The notes under the pieces are model-generated. The model did no database searches, was not told the origin of the DNA, and worked only from the letters and a program-made list of their open reading frames with translations. Position numbers and translations under genes: made by a program. A stretch of 64,000 nucleotides of DNA from Phoronis australis (lineage: Eukaryota; Animalia; Phoronida). The stretch spans positions 209,432 through 273,431 of the forward strand of contig NMRA01000175.1 of NCBI GenBank assembly GCA_002633005.1. The letters are read 5' to 3'. Each line of letters begins with the position of its first letter. Position 1 is the stretch's first letter. Shown here piece by piece: positions 25,808 to 37,592 of this stretch.

Positions 25808-27167
25808 GCGAAGAAGCCCATGTGCTCGAAAGCTGAGTGAGTTTGTGTTATGTCTTATTTCATTGTCGTTATATACTTTATATAGACACGTTATTTTCAG
25901 AGTAAAAAGTGAACCATTGCAAAAAATATACATGTATTATCCCTCGTGCATATATTATTGTTGACATAATTACACTTTCTCAGAATGGTTCTTGGACTCA
26001 AACAAAACTTTCAGCCTACGCTTGCGCTGGATAGCTGTTTAGACGAAACGAAAGCCCCAGCGAAAACGGGCGCATTCCGTACCGCGACACACTTGATGAA
26101 AAATATTTCGTTTGTAGAACGCCAAATCATAATTTTCTCCCGTAATTCAGCGTTCCAGACTCGGCGAGTGGCCAACCAATCGCTTTAGTGGGGACCATTT
26201 TGTGAGTCTATGCTGGGAACGTGCCGAGTTTATTCGTGAAACAAGAGCCTTTCACTAGAGTGATTTTGCACGGTCGAGAGAGTGCGCGCCCCAGGATCGA
26301 TCATCCAGTTTGAAAATCGGAATGTCGATGGCAAGGACGGTCATTTCGTTGAGAAGCACGATGAGAAATTAATGAAAATGTTGCGACATTGTTTGATTCA
26401 TTAGCAGGCCATTCAAACTTGATGTGAACATCAGCTTTTGGCGATTCCTTGAAGTAGGCATCGCAAGCGATACCACAGTAACTGTGTCGAACGACGGCCG
26501 AATCATACATTTTCAAGAGCTAAATTTATTTTTATAGGCCCGTTCATGCTAGTAAAAGTTTTGTGAAAGAAAATCGGAGAAACAAGAACTCTAGAACTTG
26601 ATAGTCTTCACAAGACTCTTAAAAATTCCACAAAACTCTGCTTCTAGAAATCAAACTGAAAATTATTGCAGTTAAGCTATGTATGTCAACCAAATATGCC
26701 AGTCACAATTTGAATTTTAAATATTTGAGTCATTTGCTGGCATTTTTCAATTATTCTAGTCTTTGTTTTCATAAAAATTGAATTCAAACATATTTACAGT
26801 GTTAAGTAATTGTTAAAAAGGGACAACGTTAACACCGTTTTAGAACAAGGGAACGTTAACCCACAAGTGATTTTGTACAGAAAACGACGAAAATATGGTC
26901 ATCCAGTTATTTTATATATTTTGATGGTATGTTTTTGTTTGAGAAAGAGTGAGAAGACAGCGATGCTCTCGCAGCTCGACGCACTGTCACAAGCCACAAA
27001 TTGTCGCAAAAAATACATTTTGTTATCCAAAATCTACTGTACACAAACTGTTGAAATTTGTGGATTGTGGCAGTTGCTACAGTTTTTGGCCTTACAGTCC
27101 ACGGCTCAATTTAAAATGAAACGCAGAGAAGAAAAGCATATTTGAATGAGATGTTTTATACTTTTAG

Positions 27168-27670
27168 ACGATTCGGATTTCCAGACAACACAATCTGTAA
27201 TCGTTGTGACACGTGGTGAGAATGAAAAAACATCGACTGGCACGCCAGACTCGACAACACGGACACAGACAACACGGACGGAGACAACACAAAGTGTAAC
27301 CGTCACGCCACCTGGTGAAAGTGAAGTAACATTGACATCAGATATGTCAGTCTCAACAGAACAGACTTTAAAACGTGTCGATGTGACAGTGGGAGGCGAT
27401 ACCAAATCCTGCAACGTTTGCCATAGTACGCAGAACGGGTGTTATTTTTCAATACATCGCCGCAGAAAATTAAGACGAAGAAGCCCAACGCAAATCAAAA
27501 CAGTTAAGTCAGTGACAGAGTGCATATTTTTGTGCATGCAAAGTGGTCAGTGCTTGAGCTTAAGTATTGGCAAGTTTGAAAATGGAAAGTCTTTGTGCGA
27601 ATATGATGGTATGCAACCTCCAACCAGTTTCGAGAGCGAACACTATGATACTTACATTTTTATAAAGTAA
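27168..27670 (+). CDS. C-type lectin/PAN-domain protein, exon 4 (Thr-rich linker + PAN/apple-like domain, stop)
   Basis: Phase-1 acceptor ttttatacttttag| is in frame with ORF 27146..27670. A Thr-rich segment is followed by CYF..SVTECIFLCMQSGQCLSLS..SLCEY (PAN Cys spacing). The four exons sum to 996 nt = 331 aa + stop. Confidence 0.8.
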
Positions 27671-27764
27671 ATTGTAAAGACCGCGGTGATCCAACGATGC
27701 CGGACATTTATTCTGATAAAATATCCTTTTGTTTTTAAACTTTTTTGCTCTATACCACCCAATC

Positions 27765-28425
27765 AGAAAACATTACCCCCCAGGTGGAAAACATTATCAC
27801 CCTAGTCAAAAACGTTAGCATCCAGATGGAAAACATTATCACCTGCGTAGAATTGCCACTCAGGTGGAAATGTCGCAGGTGGAAAACATTTCCACCAGGA
27901 GGAAATTATTGCTACCCGGGTTGAAAGATTTCAACCTAATTGTAAGACATTTCCACCTGGATAAGTGCTGGTAAAATGTACCACCAACACCACGTAAAAA
28001 CATTTCCACCTCGATGGGAAACATTACCATATGGGTGTAAGACATTTCAACCTGGGTAGAAAGCATTTACCTCCTAGAACGAAAACATCGCCCGTGTGGT
28101 AAACATTACCAACCTGAGGTAAAACATTTCTACCGCGATGGAAAACAAAGCCACCTGCTTTTCCATCCGGTGATAGTGTTTACCACCTGAACGGTAGTGT
28201 TTTCTCCCGGAGTGGAAACGCTTTCCACCTAGGTGGTTATATTTTCCATCGGGGTATGAAAACGTTTTCTACCCGGGCCGTAATGCTTTCCAACCGGGTG
28301 GTAATGTTCCCACCGAGTTCTTGCAATTTCCATCAGGGCTCAAATGTTTTACGCACATTACGTTTTCCAATTGGTTGGAAATATTATATATGTTTTCTAC
28401 CTGGGCGATATTTTCCACGTGGGCG
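27765..28425. repeat. Palindromic minisatellite of ~21-bp units (GGAAAACATTWCCACC-type), orientation flips near 28155
   Basis: The left half repeats g(g/t)aaacatt(a/t)ccacc. The right half repeats the reverse complement ggt(g/a)taatgtttt(c)cacc. Confidence 0.8.
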
Positions 28426-29142
28426 GTAAAAAGCAAAAGATTTTCCAACACAAATAGAAAACTTTTTGATGTTAAAAATGCCTGGCTGTGCTGTATAATG
28501 GTTTTGTTTAAAAGAGAAAGGAATGAACAAAACAACAAGTGTCATCAACTATCGTGAAGTTAGTATGCGGGTAGTGGTCTATAAATAAAGAGTTTACATC
28601 ATGAACGTGTGTCTTAAAAAGAAATTTATTAGTACATCTTAAGAGATTTGATACCTGTTGCTAAAGCCCCCGTCACACCAGACGCGCGGTGTCACTACGG
28701 TTTTTGTTCAAAATCCCCATCACCGTAGTGACACGGCCATTAGTGTTTTATAGTTTTCCTCTAACCGTCACACATGTGTTCTTTCTTCACGGTGGTACTG
28801 AGGAACCAGGGCGGAACCACGGAACCACGGCGGTGACATTGTGGACATGGCGATCCCATTGAGTTACCACTGCAGATTGATGGCGGTGCCACGGCGATCA
28901 TTGGCGGCAGGACTGTAATATTGGCGGCAGCACTGCGGAGCCAGTGAGGTGCCACTTCGGTGATGGCGGTACTACTGAGGGAGCGTTGTGGCATTAGGAC
29001 TGCCCTATGAGGTCCGCGCGGCGGCTATATATGGAAGGTGGTTTTCGGTCGAGTTCCTTCCCATTTTCGCTCCTGCTGAGGACGTTGCTACTGTTATTAC
29101 TGTTATTACTTTAGTTATTATTACTGTTACCATCACTTAGTG

Positions 29143-29500
29143 ATGCCGCCGAAACGTGCTACAACAGGACGGACTGTCGGAGTGAGGAAAGCCAGCAAGA
29201 AGTCACATACTCCAACACCAGAAGATGATGAGTCTTCACAAGATGAGCACGCTGATTGTGCTGCTGGTGCTGAAGATGCTGCTGAATCTGACCACCAGTC
29301 CGTAGCTAGCCAACCAAAGAATAAAAAGTCCGTACTGATCTGAATGAGGAGGAAGCCATGGCGGACTGGCTATGAGACCACCGGAGCTTTATAACAAGAA
29401 GCTCAATGTTCATAAAGATAAGGTGAAGAAGGACTCGGTGTGGGATGAGCAGGCAGCCAGACTTGATAAGCCAGTAGCTTTCCTGTTGGTATGGTATCAC
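29143..29500 (+). pseudogene. Harbinger MADF/Myb-like DNA-binding protein remnant
   Basis: MPPKR start, then in shifted frames EEAMADWL*..YNKKLNVHKDKVKKDSVWDEQAARLDKPVAFLLVWY, matching a MADF-type pattern. Confidence 0.7.
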
Positions 29501-29592
29501 GCATCAAACATGTATCAATATCCACCAACATATAACCAGAGGATATGGTAATCGGCGTCAATTAGTCCCAACAACACCACTAAAAAGAATCC

Positions 29593-30200
29593 TTAATAAC
29601 TGCTGGGCGGCTTGCGAATTGCGATGTGCTTCCCACCCAGAGCCCCACAGGCATAAGGGACGTTCCAGAGCTGCTCGAACTTGTCACGTACAGCTTTCCA
29701 TTTGTCTTGGGTCGTAAGGCACTGCATCACCTCGTCTCTAAACGCTTCAACGATGGCCTGGAAGAATTCTTTGACCAGCACAGATAGTGTGTTTGCTGGG
29801 ATCCGGAAATCGAACTTCATGCTTGCGTATGTGTCTCCAGAGTAGAAGCTAGGTGGCCTGGAAGAATTCTTTGACCAGCACAGATAGTGTGTTTGCTGGG
29901 ATCCGCAAATCGAACTTCATGCTTGCGTATGTGTCTCCAGAGTAGAGGCTAGGTGGCGAAGAGTTGCAGCCAGCTTCGTCCCTGGGTGCAAGGCATTTCT
30001 ATAGTTGGTGTCGTTCTTCGTGATACGGGGTCCAATCCTGGCAAGTAGCTCATCAAACATCTCGGGTTGAATCTAGCTGAGGAAATTCTGGAACGAGTCT
30101 GGATCTTCTCTTCTGAGCTCGACCATAAGCTGGTTGCAGTGGCCAAATTGCTCACGTCTCACATCACCCAGCCAAGGTCTCACTCAGCATATTATTCGTC
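29593..30200 (-). pseudogene. Harbinger DDE transposase remnant
   Basis: PEMFDELLARIGPRITKNDTNYRNALHPGTKLAATLRHLA and FRIPANTLS..WNVPYACGALGGKHIAIRKP (the consensus GAIDGKH Asp is mutated). Truncated, with a 100-bp tandem duplication at 29754-29955. Confidence 0.85.
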
Positions 30201-31077
30201 TTGCTCGTCTTCTTCTTCGCTTCAGGCAATCATTTCTTGCTTATCTTCTACCTGTTGTATGGCGATCTGTTATCATCTGTCATTCTGTTGAGCTTTCAAT
30301 ACTGACTGTCGATCTGAACTGTTTACAGAATTTTAGAACGTTGAAATTTAAGCAGAAAATCGATCCAAGCTTTTATACTACAAAATAGGCCCGCAGTAGC
30401 ACCGTGCAAGCACCTCATTGCAACCTCTGTGGAAACGCCATTGCCGTACAAGCACCTCAATAACACCGCCGGCACCGACGTAGAAACGCGGTGGCACCGC
30501 AGTATAAGATCGCCAAATTTTCTAAAATTCCTCCCCGACTCCGCAGTGGTACCCCCATACCCGCAGTGCTCCCGTGGTAGTACCGTGTTAGCACCACCAT
30601 AACCGCAGTAGAACCGCCACGGTATCGCCGTAGGGTCGCAAGTCTACGTTTTCGGTGATTGCACAGCTGTTGTACTGCGGAAGCACTTCGATGATGGAGG
30701 TGCTTCTTCGGTCATTGTACGGTGTCACGGCGATCCCACTGCGGATTGGCCCAACCCACGGAGACACTGCAGAAGTTTTGAACATGTCTAAAGTTTCTGC
30801 TGTGCTACCGAGAAGGTTCGTGGTTTTGACAATTTTCCACGGCTCTACGGCGATCACTAGCGGAACCACTGCGGAACCACTGCGGAACCACGGCGATCAT
30901 GGCAGTGCCACTGCGGTTTATGCCGTACAAGCACCGCAGTGGCACCGCACCTCCGGTGTGACTGGGGTATAAAAAACAAGTCAAACATCTTTTTTAAAAA
31001 ATGGCAGACGTCCGTCTCCTCTGTTGTTGTTTTTACCAGTGCGATACTGAGAAGTTGTGAGGAAGGTTCGCGTAGAT

Positions 31078-31300
31078 ATGAAAAGGTGCGTTTGTGGAGG
31101 CTGTATTAACAGCAGTTTGACTTAGTACATCTCTGTGTTCAAATTTCCTATTAAATATGTAAAAGTTGCGCAGAAATGGCATCGGTTTGTGCGCCGCACG
31201 AAAGTGAGGAATGTCGGGAGCCTCACTTTGTTCGGCACATTTTAAGGAAGCGTGTTTCGACCAAATACAAAAACGGTTTTACGATGAAGGATTCGTCACT
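31078..31300 (+). pseudogene. THAP-domain ORF remnant (probably Kolobok-type DNA transposon)
   Basis: MKRCVCGGCINSSLT*YISVFKFP..VAQKWHRFV..LCSAHFKEACF shows the C2CH THAP signature with a stop and a frameshift. A Kolobok-like end ...GGGAACTCT|TTAA lies at 31966. Confidence 0.75.
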
Positions 31301-33645
31301 TTGCAAGTGCAGTTGCAAATTTTATAAATAACGAACAAACTGCTTCCAGTATATGGCGAATGATGCCAGGCCCTCATCCGTGGCCCATATTGAGTGCTAC
31401 GACACGTAGGCTTATGCATTGTGTTTAGACTGTTCTCACTCCATCATGGCATTAGTGAATACGAGTGACCCAGGTTGACTTTGGCCTTCGTCAGTGATTA
31501 TTAAGTGTCTATTTTAATGAATATTGACCGCCCATTGGTTCGGTTGTTGTGGCTCACATATGCCTGCAGCATTTCTCGTGAAGGTGGGTCCAGTTCATAG
31601 GACCTCGGGCCGACGAAAGTTCGCTAAGTGGGAAATCGAATTCATTGTCTGATTCTTCGAGTACTTGAGTACTGATGCTCGTATCGTCTTTCCTATCTGT
31701 CTGCATACTAACTGTCCAGTTCTCTCTCAAAATCGTCTTCGTCTTATGATATTCTGTGTTTTGCCATTGCAATTGTCAACTGACCAAACGTCTTCCATCC
31801 ATTACATCATTTGGCGGGAAAGTTGGAACTAACTACTTTTTCTTGAAAATTAAAAAATTCGCAAATATTTGACATAAAAACTGCCTATTTTGTTAGATTT
31901 TATGGTATTCATTTCATATTAGCTATCTGAAACCTCAAAACTAAGAAAATGCATTGTGGGAACTCTTTAAGTGTACTATTGGCAGCGGTTTTCAAAACGG
32001 TGTTTTTTGTGACTATAATTCAGTTTTAATAAACTCTGTATTACTGTCATGTCTGATCACGAGAGTCCTTGTCTTATCACAAACAATAAATAAATAGAGA
32101 TGCCAACTTCACTATCAGACCAGCATGACTGCTGATCATTGTGATTTATGATGAATGGGACACTCAACATTACAAAAGGAAAGAGTTTCGTCTATAGAAT
32201 TCCATGCAGGCAAACGCTTTCTCGAAATCAATAACAGCAACTCGATCATTTTTCTCTAACATTTTGATACATTCAGCGATTGCAGCTAAAGCTAACTTAT
32301 AAGTGATATCAGGAAGAGATAACTGATTATCTCTTCCTGGTGATATTAAGCAGAGATATAGGACAGCCCCATAACTTTAGATAATGTCTGCATTCGTTAT
32401 TAGTTCCATCCTTCTGAGTCCAAGGTAATTGTCTGATGTGAAAACAGAACGTTCCAATATTGAGCTCTTGTTATAAATCATCCTTTATAAACAACTAATA
32501 CTTTCACGTTGTTTCTTCTTGGCCAAATTAGCAGTAAAAACTGAGAGCAACTGCTTATAACGCATTGTATTTACTTACATAAAATGTTCAACGTAAGTAC
32601 GTCCATTATCGTCTAAAAGTGACAACAGTGATTTCTCTAAACTAACAGGGTATATGATATAAGTATACTAATCCTACATTTATGTCTTTAGTGTCGTTAC
32701 TGGTGTCAGACTACTGTTTTCAGTTGCTCTTGATTGGCAGTGGACCTTTTGTGGTTTTCTGTTTTTTGATCATGATGGACTGATGCAACATCGAAACGTT
32801 GTATATATGTAAACACGATGATTTGTTAGCAGTCGCCCTCACTTTTCTAATTAATTAATTTTTTGGAAGTCACGGGGCGGACACATTTCTTTGTTGGCGC
32901 ACGCGCCAATCCTGTTTCCGCACGAAGTTCCCTTCGCTTGAACCAATTCGTGTAACCTGGACTAAAATCTCTCCGCACAAATCAATTGTGAAAACAAGAA
33001 AAAATGATGTTTGTGAAAGATGCTATTGAACTTCCATGGAGCTCAACAATACATTGTCGGTTGTCCTTGTGTGCCTTGATCCCGTGAACACGAGTCTTGA
33101 TAACGAATCCATAATTTTGCGATGATGTCATGTCCGTCAGCGAACAACGAAATGCTTCTTTGAGACGCGAAAAGTATTCCGGTAACTGGAATATACGTCC
33201 ATGAGACAGCAATAGTGTGAGCCAGAGAAGAATTTTGTGCTCAGGCATACTATTTACTTTCCAAGCTAACACTAGCATATATTATCTTACTGTGGTCCGG
33301 TCAGACTATCTCTATACATAACCACATGCGACATTTTTAGACGAATAAAGCACGACGTTATATTGCAATATCACATCAAAATCAATGCCAAGCGACTTCT
33401 GCTACCCTTTCTTGTATATTGTCTTTTTGCAGAGCTATTTTTGAGTGGTCTTAGGAAATGTCGTCCATTTCCGCAACGTATTTGTCTTCTAGGTAAGCCG
33501 ACCCGTGGACGAGACGGTCCTGCCACCTAGTGACTGTCGAATAGGCCTGCGCGCCGCTCACGGGCAGCAAAGTCAAGGTGCCTTAAGGTAGACTGGTCAG
33601 TTAATTCAAAAATCTAGTTCGAAAGCATGCTATTCGTGATTCCTG

Positions 33646-33843
33646 CTACGAACAATGAGGAATATCAGTCAACAGCTTCAGAATGTCGATGCAGACAAAT
33701 GATGGAATCACCAACACAGCAATGGTTAACTCTTGAATCAAGCTGTAGTATTCCAATGTGCTTTGTCCCAGTTCTGCAGCGGTCGTTGCCAAGGCTGCCC
33801 GCAAATAGCACCTGATAATCGGCAACAAAATATATGATGAAAC
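33646..33843 (-). CDS. SLC52-family terminal coding exon (last two TM helices), intact acceptor
   Basis: Acceptor ctttatcttttcag|GTT, phase 0, 198 nt: VSSYILLPIIRCYLRAALATTAAELGQSTLEYYSLIQELTIAVLVIPSFVCIDILKLLTDIPHCS*. Length and hydrophobic pattern fit the SLC52 C-terminus. Confidence 0.75.
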   Translation of the reverse strand, partial: VSSYILLPIIRCYLRAALATTAAELGQSTLEYYSLIQELTIAVLVIPSFVCIDILKLLTDIPHCS

Positions 33844-34496
33844 CTGAAAAGATAAAGTGCATACAATATAAAATAATATGTATTTCGGTAAAGCGATACA
33901 CGGGCGAAATTGAATAAAAAGGCGAAAACGACGGCGAAAGCGAAGTTAACGACGATGCTGATGACGACAAAATTGTGGCAGGCAATTACGCCTGAAACAA
34001 TAACACTGACATAAACGACGACGCCAACGATTGACGCCGACGTAGAGCACACCACTGGCGATAAAGAAGATAGCAACGACAACAAGAGCAACGCAGAGCG
34101 TTGAAATGCGCCCACAATTGCACCGCATACGGTATCCTTCTAGGGTTGTTTATTGGTACCATAAAGTGGCCAGTAGAGGGCATATATGTAGTATGTTGTA
34201 CTTTGCAAAATGGAAAGGCATNNNNNNNNNNNNNNNNNNNNNNNNNNNNNNNNNNNNNNNNNNNNNNNNNNNNNNNNNNNNNNNNNNNNNNNNNNNNNNN
34301 NNNNNNNNNNNNNNNNNNNNNNNNNNNNNNNNNNNNNNNNNNNNNNNNNNNNNNNNNNNNNNNNNNNNNNNNNNNNNNNNNNNNNNNNNNNNNNNNNNNN
34401 NNNNNNNNNNNNNNNNNNNNNNNNNNNNNNNNNNNNNNNNNNNNNNNNNNNNNNNNNNNNNNNNNNNNNNNNNNNNNNNNNNNNNNNTCCTCTACA

Positions 34497-34994
34497 TAGT
34501 AAGCACATACATGCCAATTTTCACAATCATCCTTTGAGCGGTTTGGTTGATAGAGGGGTGGAAGCACAAAAACAGACTCGAAAACAGTAAAAATGGCCAC
34601 TAGGTGGCGCAAACTATGTCGAATCCATCCGAAAACGGCAGGATAGCGTCATCTCACTACTAGGTGCCTACATACCAAATTTCATGAAAATCCGTTCAGG
34701 ACTTTTGAAGATACAAAGGTAAGCGTAAAAAACTAAAATTGCCACTAGGGGGCACACCGGTAGTCGGATCCGTCCGAAAGTTCGCACATGCCGTCCCATT
34801 CATGAATGGAACATATGTGTCAAATTTCATGAACGTATGTCAAAGGGTTTTGGAGATAGAGCAGCGGACGCCGGACGCCAGACGCCGGACGCCGGACAGA
34901 CGCCGCCCGGACGGAATGACGGACGGACGGACGGACGGACGGACAGAGATGACGGCATAATGCGTCCACATATAAATATGTGGGCGCATAAAAA
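34497..34994 (+). mobile_element. Helentron-associated non-autonomous element (HINE/DINE-1/pearl-like)
   Basis: Two ~150-bp core repeats (gccactagg...caaatttcatgaa), a (GGAC)n microsatellite, and a 3' hairpin atgcgtccacata-taaa-tatgtgggcgcat followed by an A-run. The 5' end is lost in the N gap. Confidence 0.8.
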
Positions 34995-35270
34995 TGACGT
35001 CGAGCAATCGATAAATGCGCTGTCGACATCGCCACCAACGACGACGCTGGTTATATAGAGGACGACGAAGCTAACAACATGTGTGACACGTCGGTGTCTT
35101 CTTGATAATAAGGACAACTGGGATAATGGACCAAAATGAATGCGAGGATTTCGGTTATGTGAACAACCTAAAGGATTTTCGCTTATTTTAAAACTTTCAA
35201 CTGTACGAATGAATGATCGAACGAATCAAGTCAGCAAGACTTTAATTCCGCGAAATTAGATAATTTATTT

Positions 35271-35412
35271 CATGGGTGGCGCAGCACTTAAATAATTGGG
35301 GTCTATATCCCCCTATATGGTCCACCGTCCATGTCCATAGGCGACACAGCACTGAAAAACTGAGGGTGATAACCCCTCTTCCCCCCCAGCCCCCTATGGT
35401 GCTCCGCCCATG
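35271..35412. mobile_element. Small MITE with CATGGG...CCCATG termini
   Basis: Imperfect TIR catgggtggcgcagca / tggtgctccgcccatg. Flanks are TATTT and TATTG. Confidence 0.6.
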
Positions 35413-36914
35413 TATTGCCAACAGTGCAAGAAGTTATAATGTATTCTTATATATCTTGGGCGGATTACGGAGTTTGAATCTAATCAGCTGTCAATATTTC
35501 CAAGTCAATAAATAAGTCTTCTTTTATGGACCGGTCCCGAGGGAGATATCAGGTTGTACATGAACTGAGGCAGAGTATTTTTCCCAAGGCCAAAGTCTTT
35601 TAAGACAAACACTGCGTTTCACGTAAAAACCTCGTGGAACACAAGTTCGCCAAATTTCTGCAGTACAAACATGCGATTGGTAGTTAAGATACCAATGAAG
35701 CAAACTAGTGAGCTTATCCTATACACCATGGAATGGATCATTTTGCAAAGTCCGTCCTCAATACTTACTGACTCTTCTGTATGTATCATGTGTCCAGAAT
35801 TTAGTGTCCGAACTCTGATTCGAAACTTAGCAGATAACGCCGCAAGATTTAAGAATAAATTTGTAATTTTACTACGAGTGTACAAATAACGCAAGCATCA
35901 GTGAATATTTTTTTAAATTTAAACTTACGTGTAACTAGCAGTTGTTTGTTGTTTTCACAACATTGATTTTTGTGACTTTTAATCAATTTTAAGGCACTCT
36001 GTTTTACTATCACGAGAGCCGTTATCTCATCACAAATAATAAACAAGCAGAGAGCCTAACTTCACATCGAATGTCAGACCAGCGTAACGGTTGGCCATTC
36101 GAGTATTTTGTTGCATAGCATATTATTAATAGGACAACCAAATTAGGAAAGGAAAGAGTTTTGTTTATGAAACCTCATGATTCGAAGTCAAACGCTTTCT
36201 AAAAATCAATCAATAAGTGAAATCTGGTCATTGTGCCCTAAACTTTTGATACGCTCAGCAACTGCAGCTGAAGATAACTTATAAGTGACATTAAGCGTTG
36301 ATACAGGACGGCCGCCCTCCATAACTTTAGATAATTCCTTCTTTTATCACCTCCTCTCGGCATGCAAGCAATAGTCACATCCTTCTGAGTCTAGGATAAG
36401 TGTCCGATATGAAAACTTACGTTTAATAGAACGTACTACAAAACTTCTAATATCTATTCAAAATGTTTAAGAGGTTAAATTCTAAATCGTCTGAGTCAGG
36501 GCTCTTGTTATTTTTCATTTTTGTAAACAATTTCAATTGTTAAAACTACGCCACGGTGTTGGTTTTGGTCAACTTAGTAGTAGAACTGAGAACGGTTACT
36601 TTTGGCATATTGCATTTACGTATATACAATATCTAACGTTTCCAATATAAATCAGTCCATCATCATTTAAACTAAAAGTGACAGCAGTGCCCCTGTATTC
36701 GCTCAGTAGTACCAGTGCATATCAGATTAAACTAATCCTACAAGTACCATTCCATTGGGAACAGTTCTGATCATTAGTACATTTACTGCTGCTACAGGTG
36801 TCAGATTACTACTTTCAGTTGCTCTTGAATAACCTAAGCCCTTTTGGGGTTTGTTTTTCCTTGATTACGATGAATTGATCCACTGCCATATCCTATCGAG
36901 AAATCATTTCACAA

Positions 36915-37592
36915 AGGAATTTATGTTCGGAATATGTCCCGAAAATAATACGTGCGTCGCAAGCTCCGTTTCCAGAAATACAAAGGAGACCGTGTATAGG
37001 CGATATTAGGTCATTTATTATGACTGATAAGGTACAGAAATACGAATGTACAAATAACATAAAGATAAAATAATAATCTCTGGAAAGATGGGCAATAAAA
37101 AGCGCCAGCACTCAGGTAAGAGGAACTACCCAAGAAAGAGGGTGGTAGAGGGTGGGAAAAAATTAAGAGAGATTAGACTCGAACCTAAGTGCTGCTAAAG
37201 CGATGTACTGATGGCAAGAAATATAACTTTACTGAGAACAAAGGAGCCCTATGACACGTGACAATCATCAGCCTATGGGAGCCAGGAGCTGACCAAACTC
37301 GTGGCAGTAACACAAACGAACCAATAGTGAGGCTGGAAATGGAATGTCCTAGTGAATGGAGTGCAGGAGGACTGCATGCGAATTTACACAAGGGGTTAAT
37401 GGACCAGTCCGAAAGATGGCGGTATAAGTGGGACGAGTCCATATTCTCACATAAATATATTTAACGAGTGAAATATCATTTATGTTCGGAATATGTCCCG
37501 AAAATATTAGGTGCGTCGCAAGCTCCGTTTCCAGAGATACAAAGGAGACCGTGTATAGGCGATATAAGGTCATTTATTATGACTGATAAGGA
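36915..37592. mobile_element. Direct-repeat module (~115-bp repeats at 36918-37031 and 37477-37590 around a ~445-bp spacer); probable B-A-B 3' end of a Ngaro-like element
   Basis: Near-identical direct repeats, each containing GTCATTTATTATGAC, which also occurs at 42713-42727 in the tail of the YR retroelement. Absent from the paralogous duplicate at 32.0-34.2 kb. Confidence 0.6.

Larger units (their letters stand above)
28665..30969. mobile_element. Internally deleted PIF/Harbinger DNA transposon
   Basis: TIRs AGCCCCCGTCACACCAGACGCGCGGTGTCACTACGG and (revcomp) TACCCCAGTCACACCGGAGGTGCGGTGCCACTGCGG, with TAA TSD at 28662-4 and 30970-2. Convergent MADF/Myb-like and HARBI1-like transposase remnants inside. 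Confidence 0.92.

Noticed and set aside
27765-28425. Regularly spaced repeats resembling a CRISPR array
   Set aside because: The units are degenerate and contiguous with no unique spacers, there are no cas genes, and the context is eukaryotic.
33986-34612. Long ORFs spanning the N run (also 6009-6416)
   Set aside because: They are artefacts of translating through assembly gaps.
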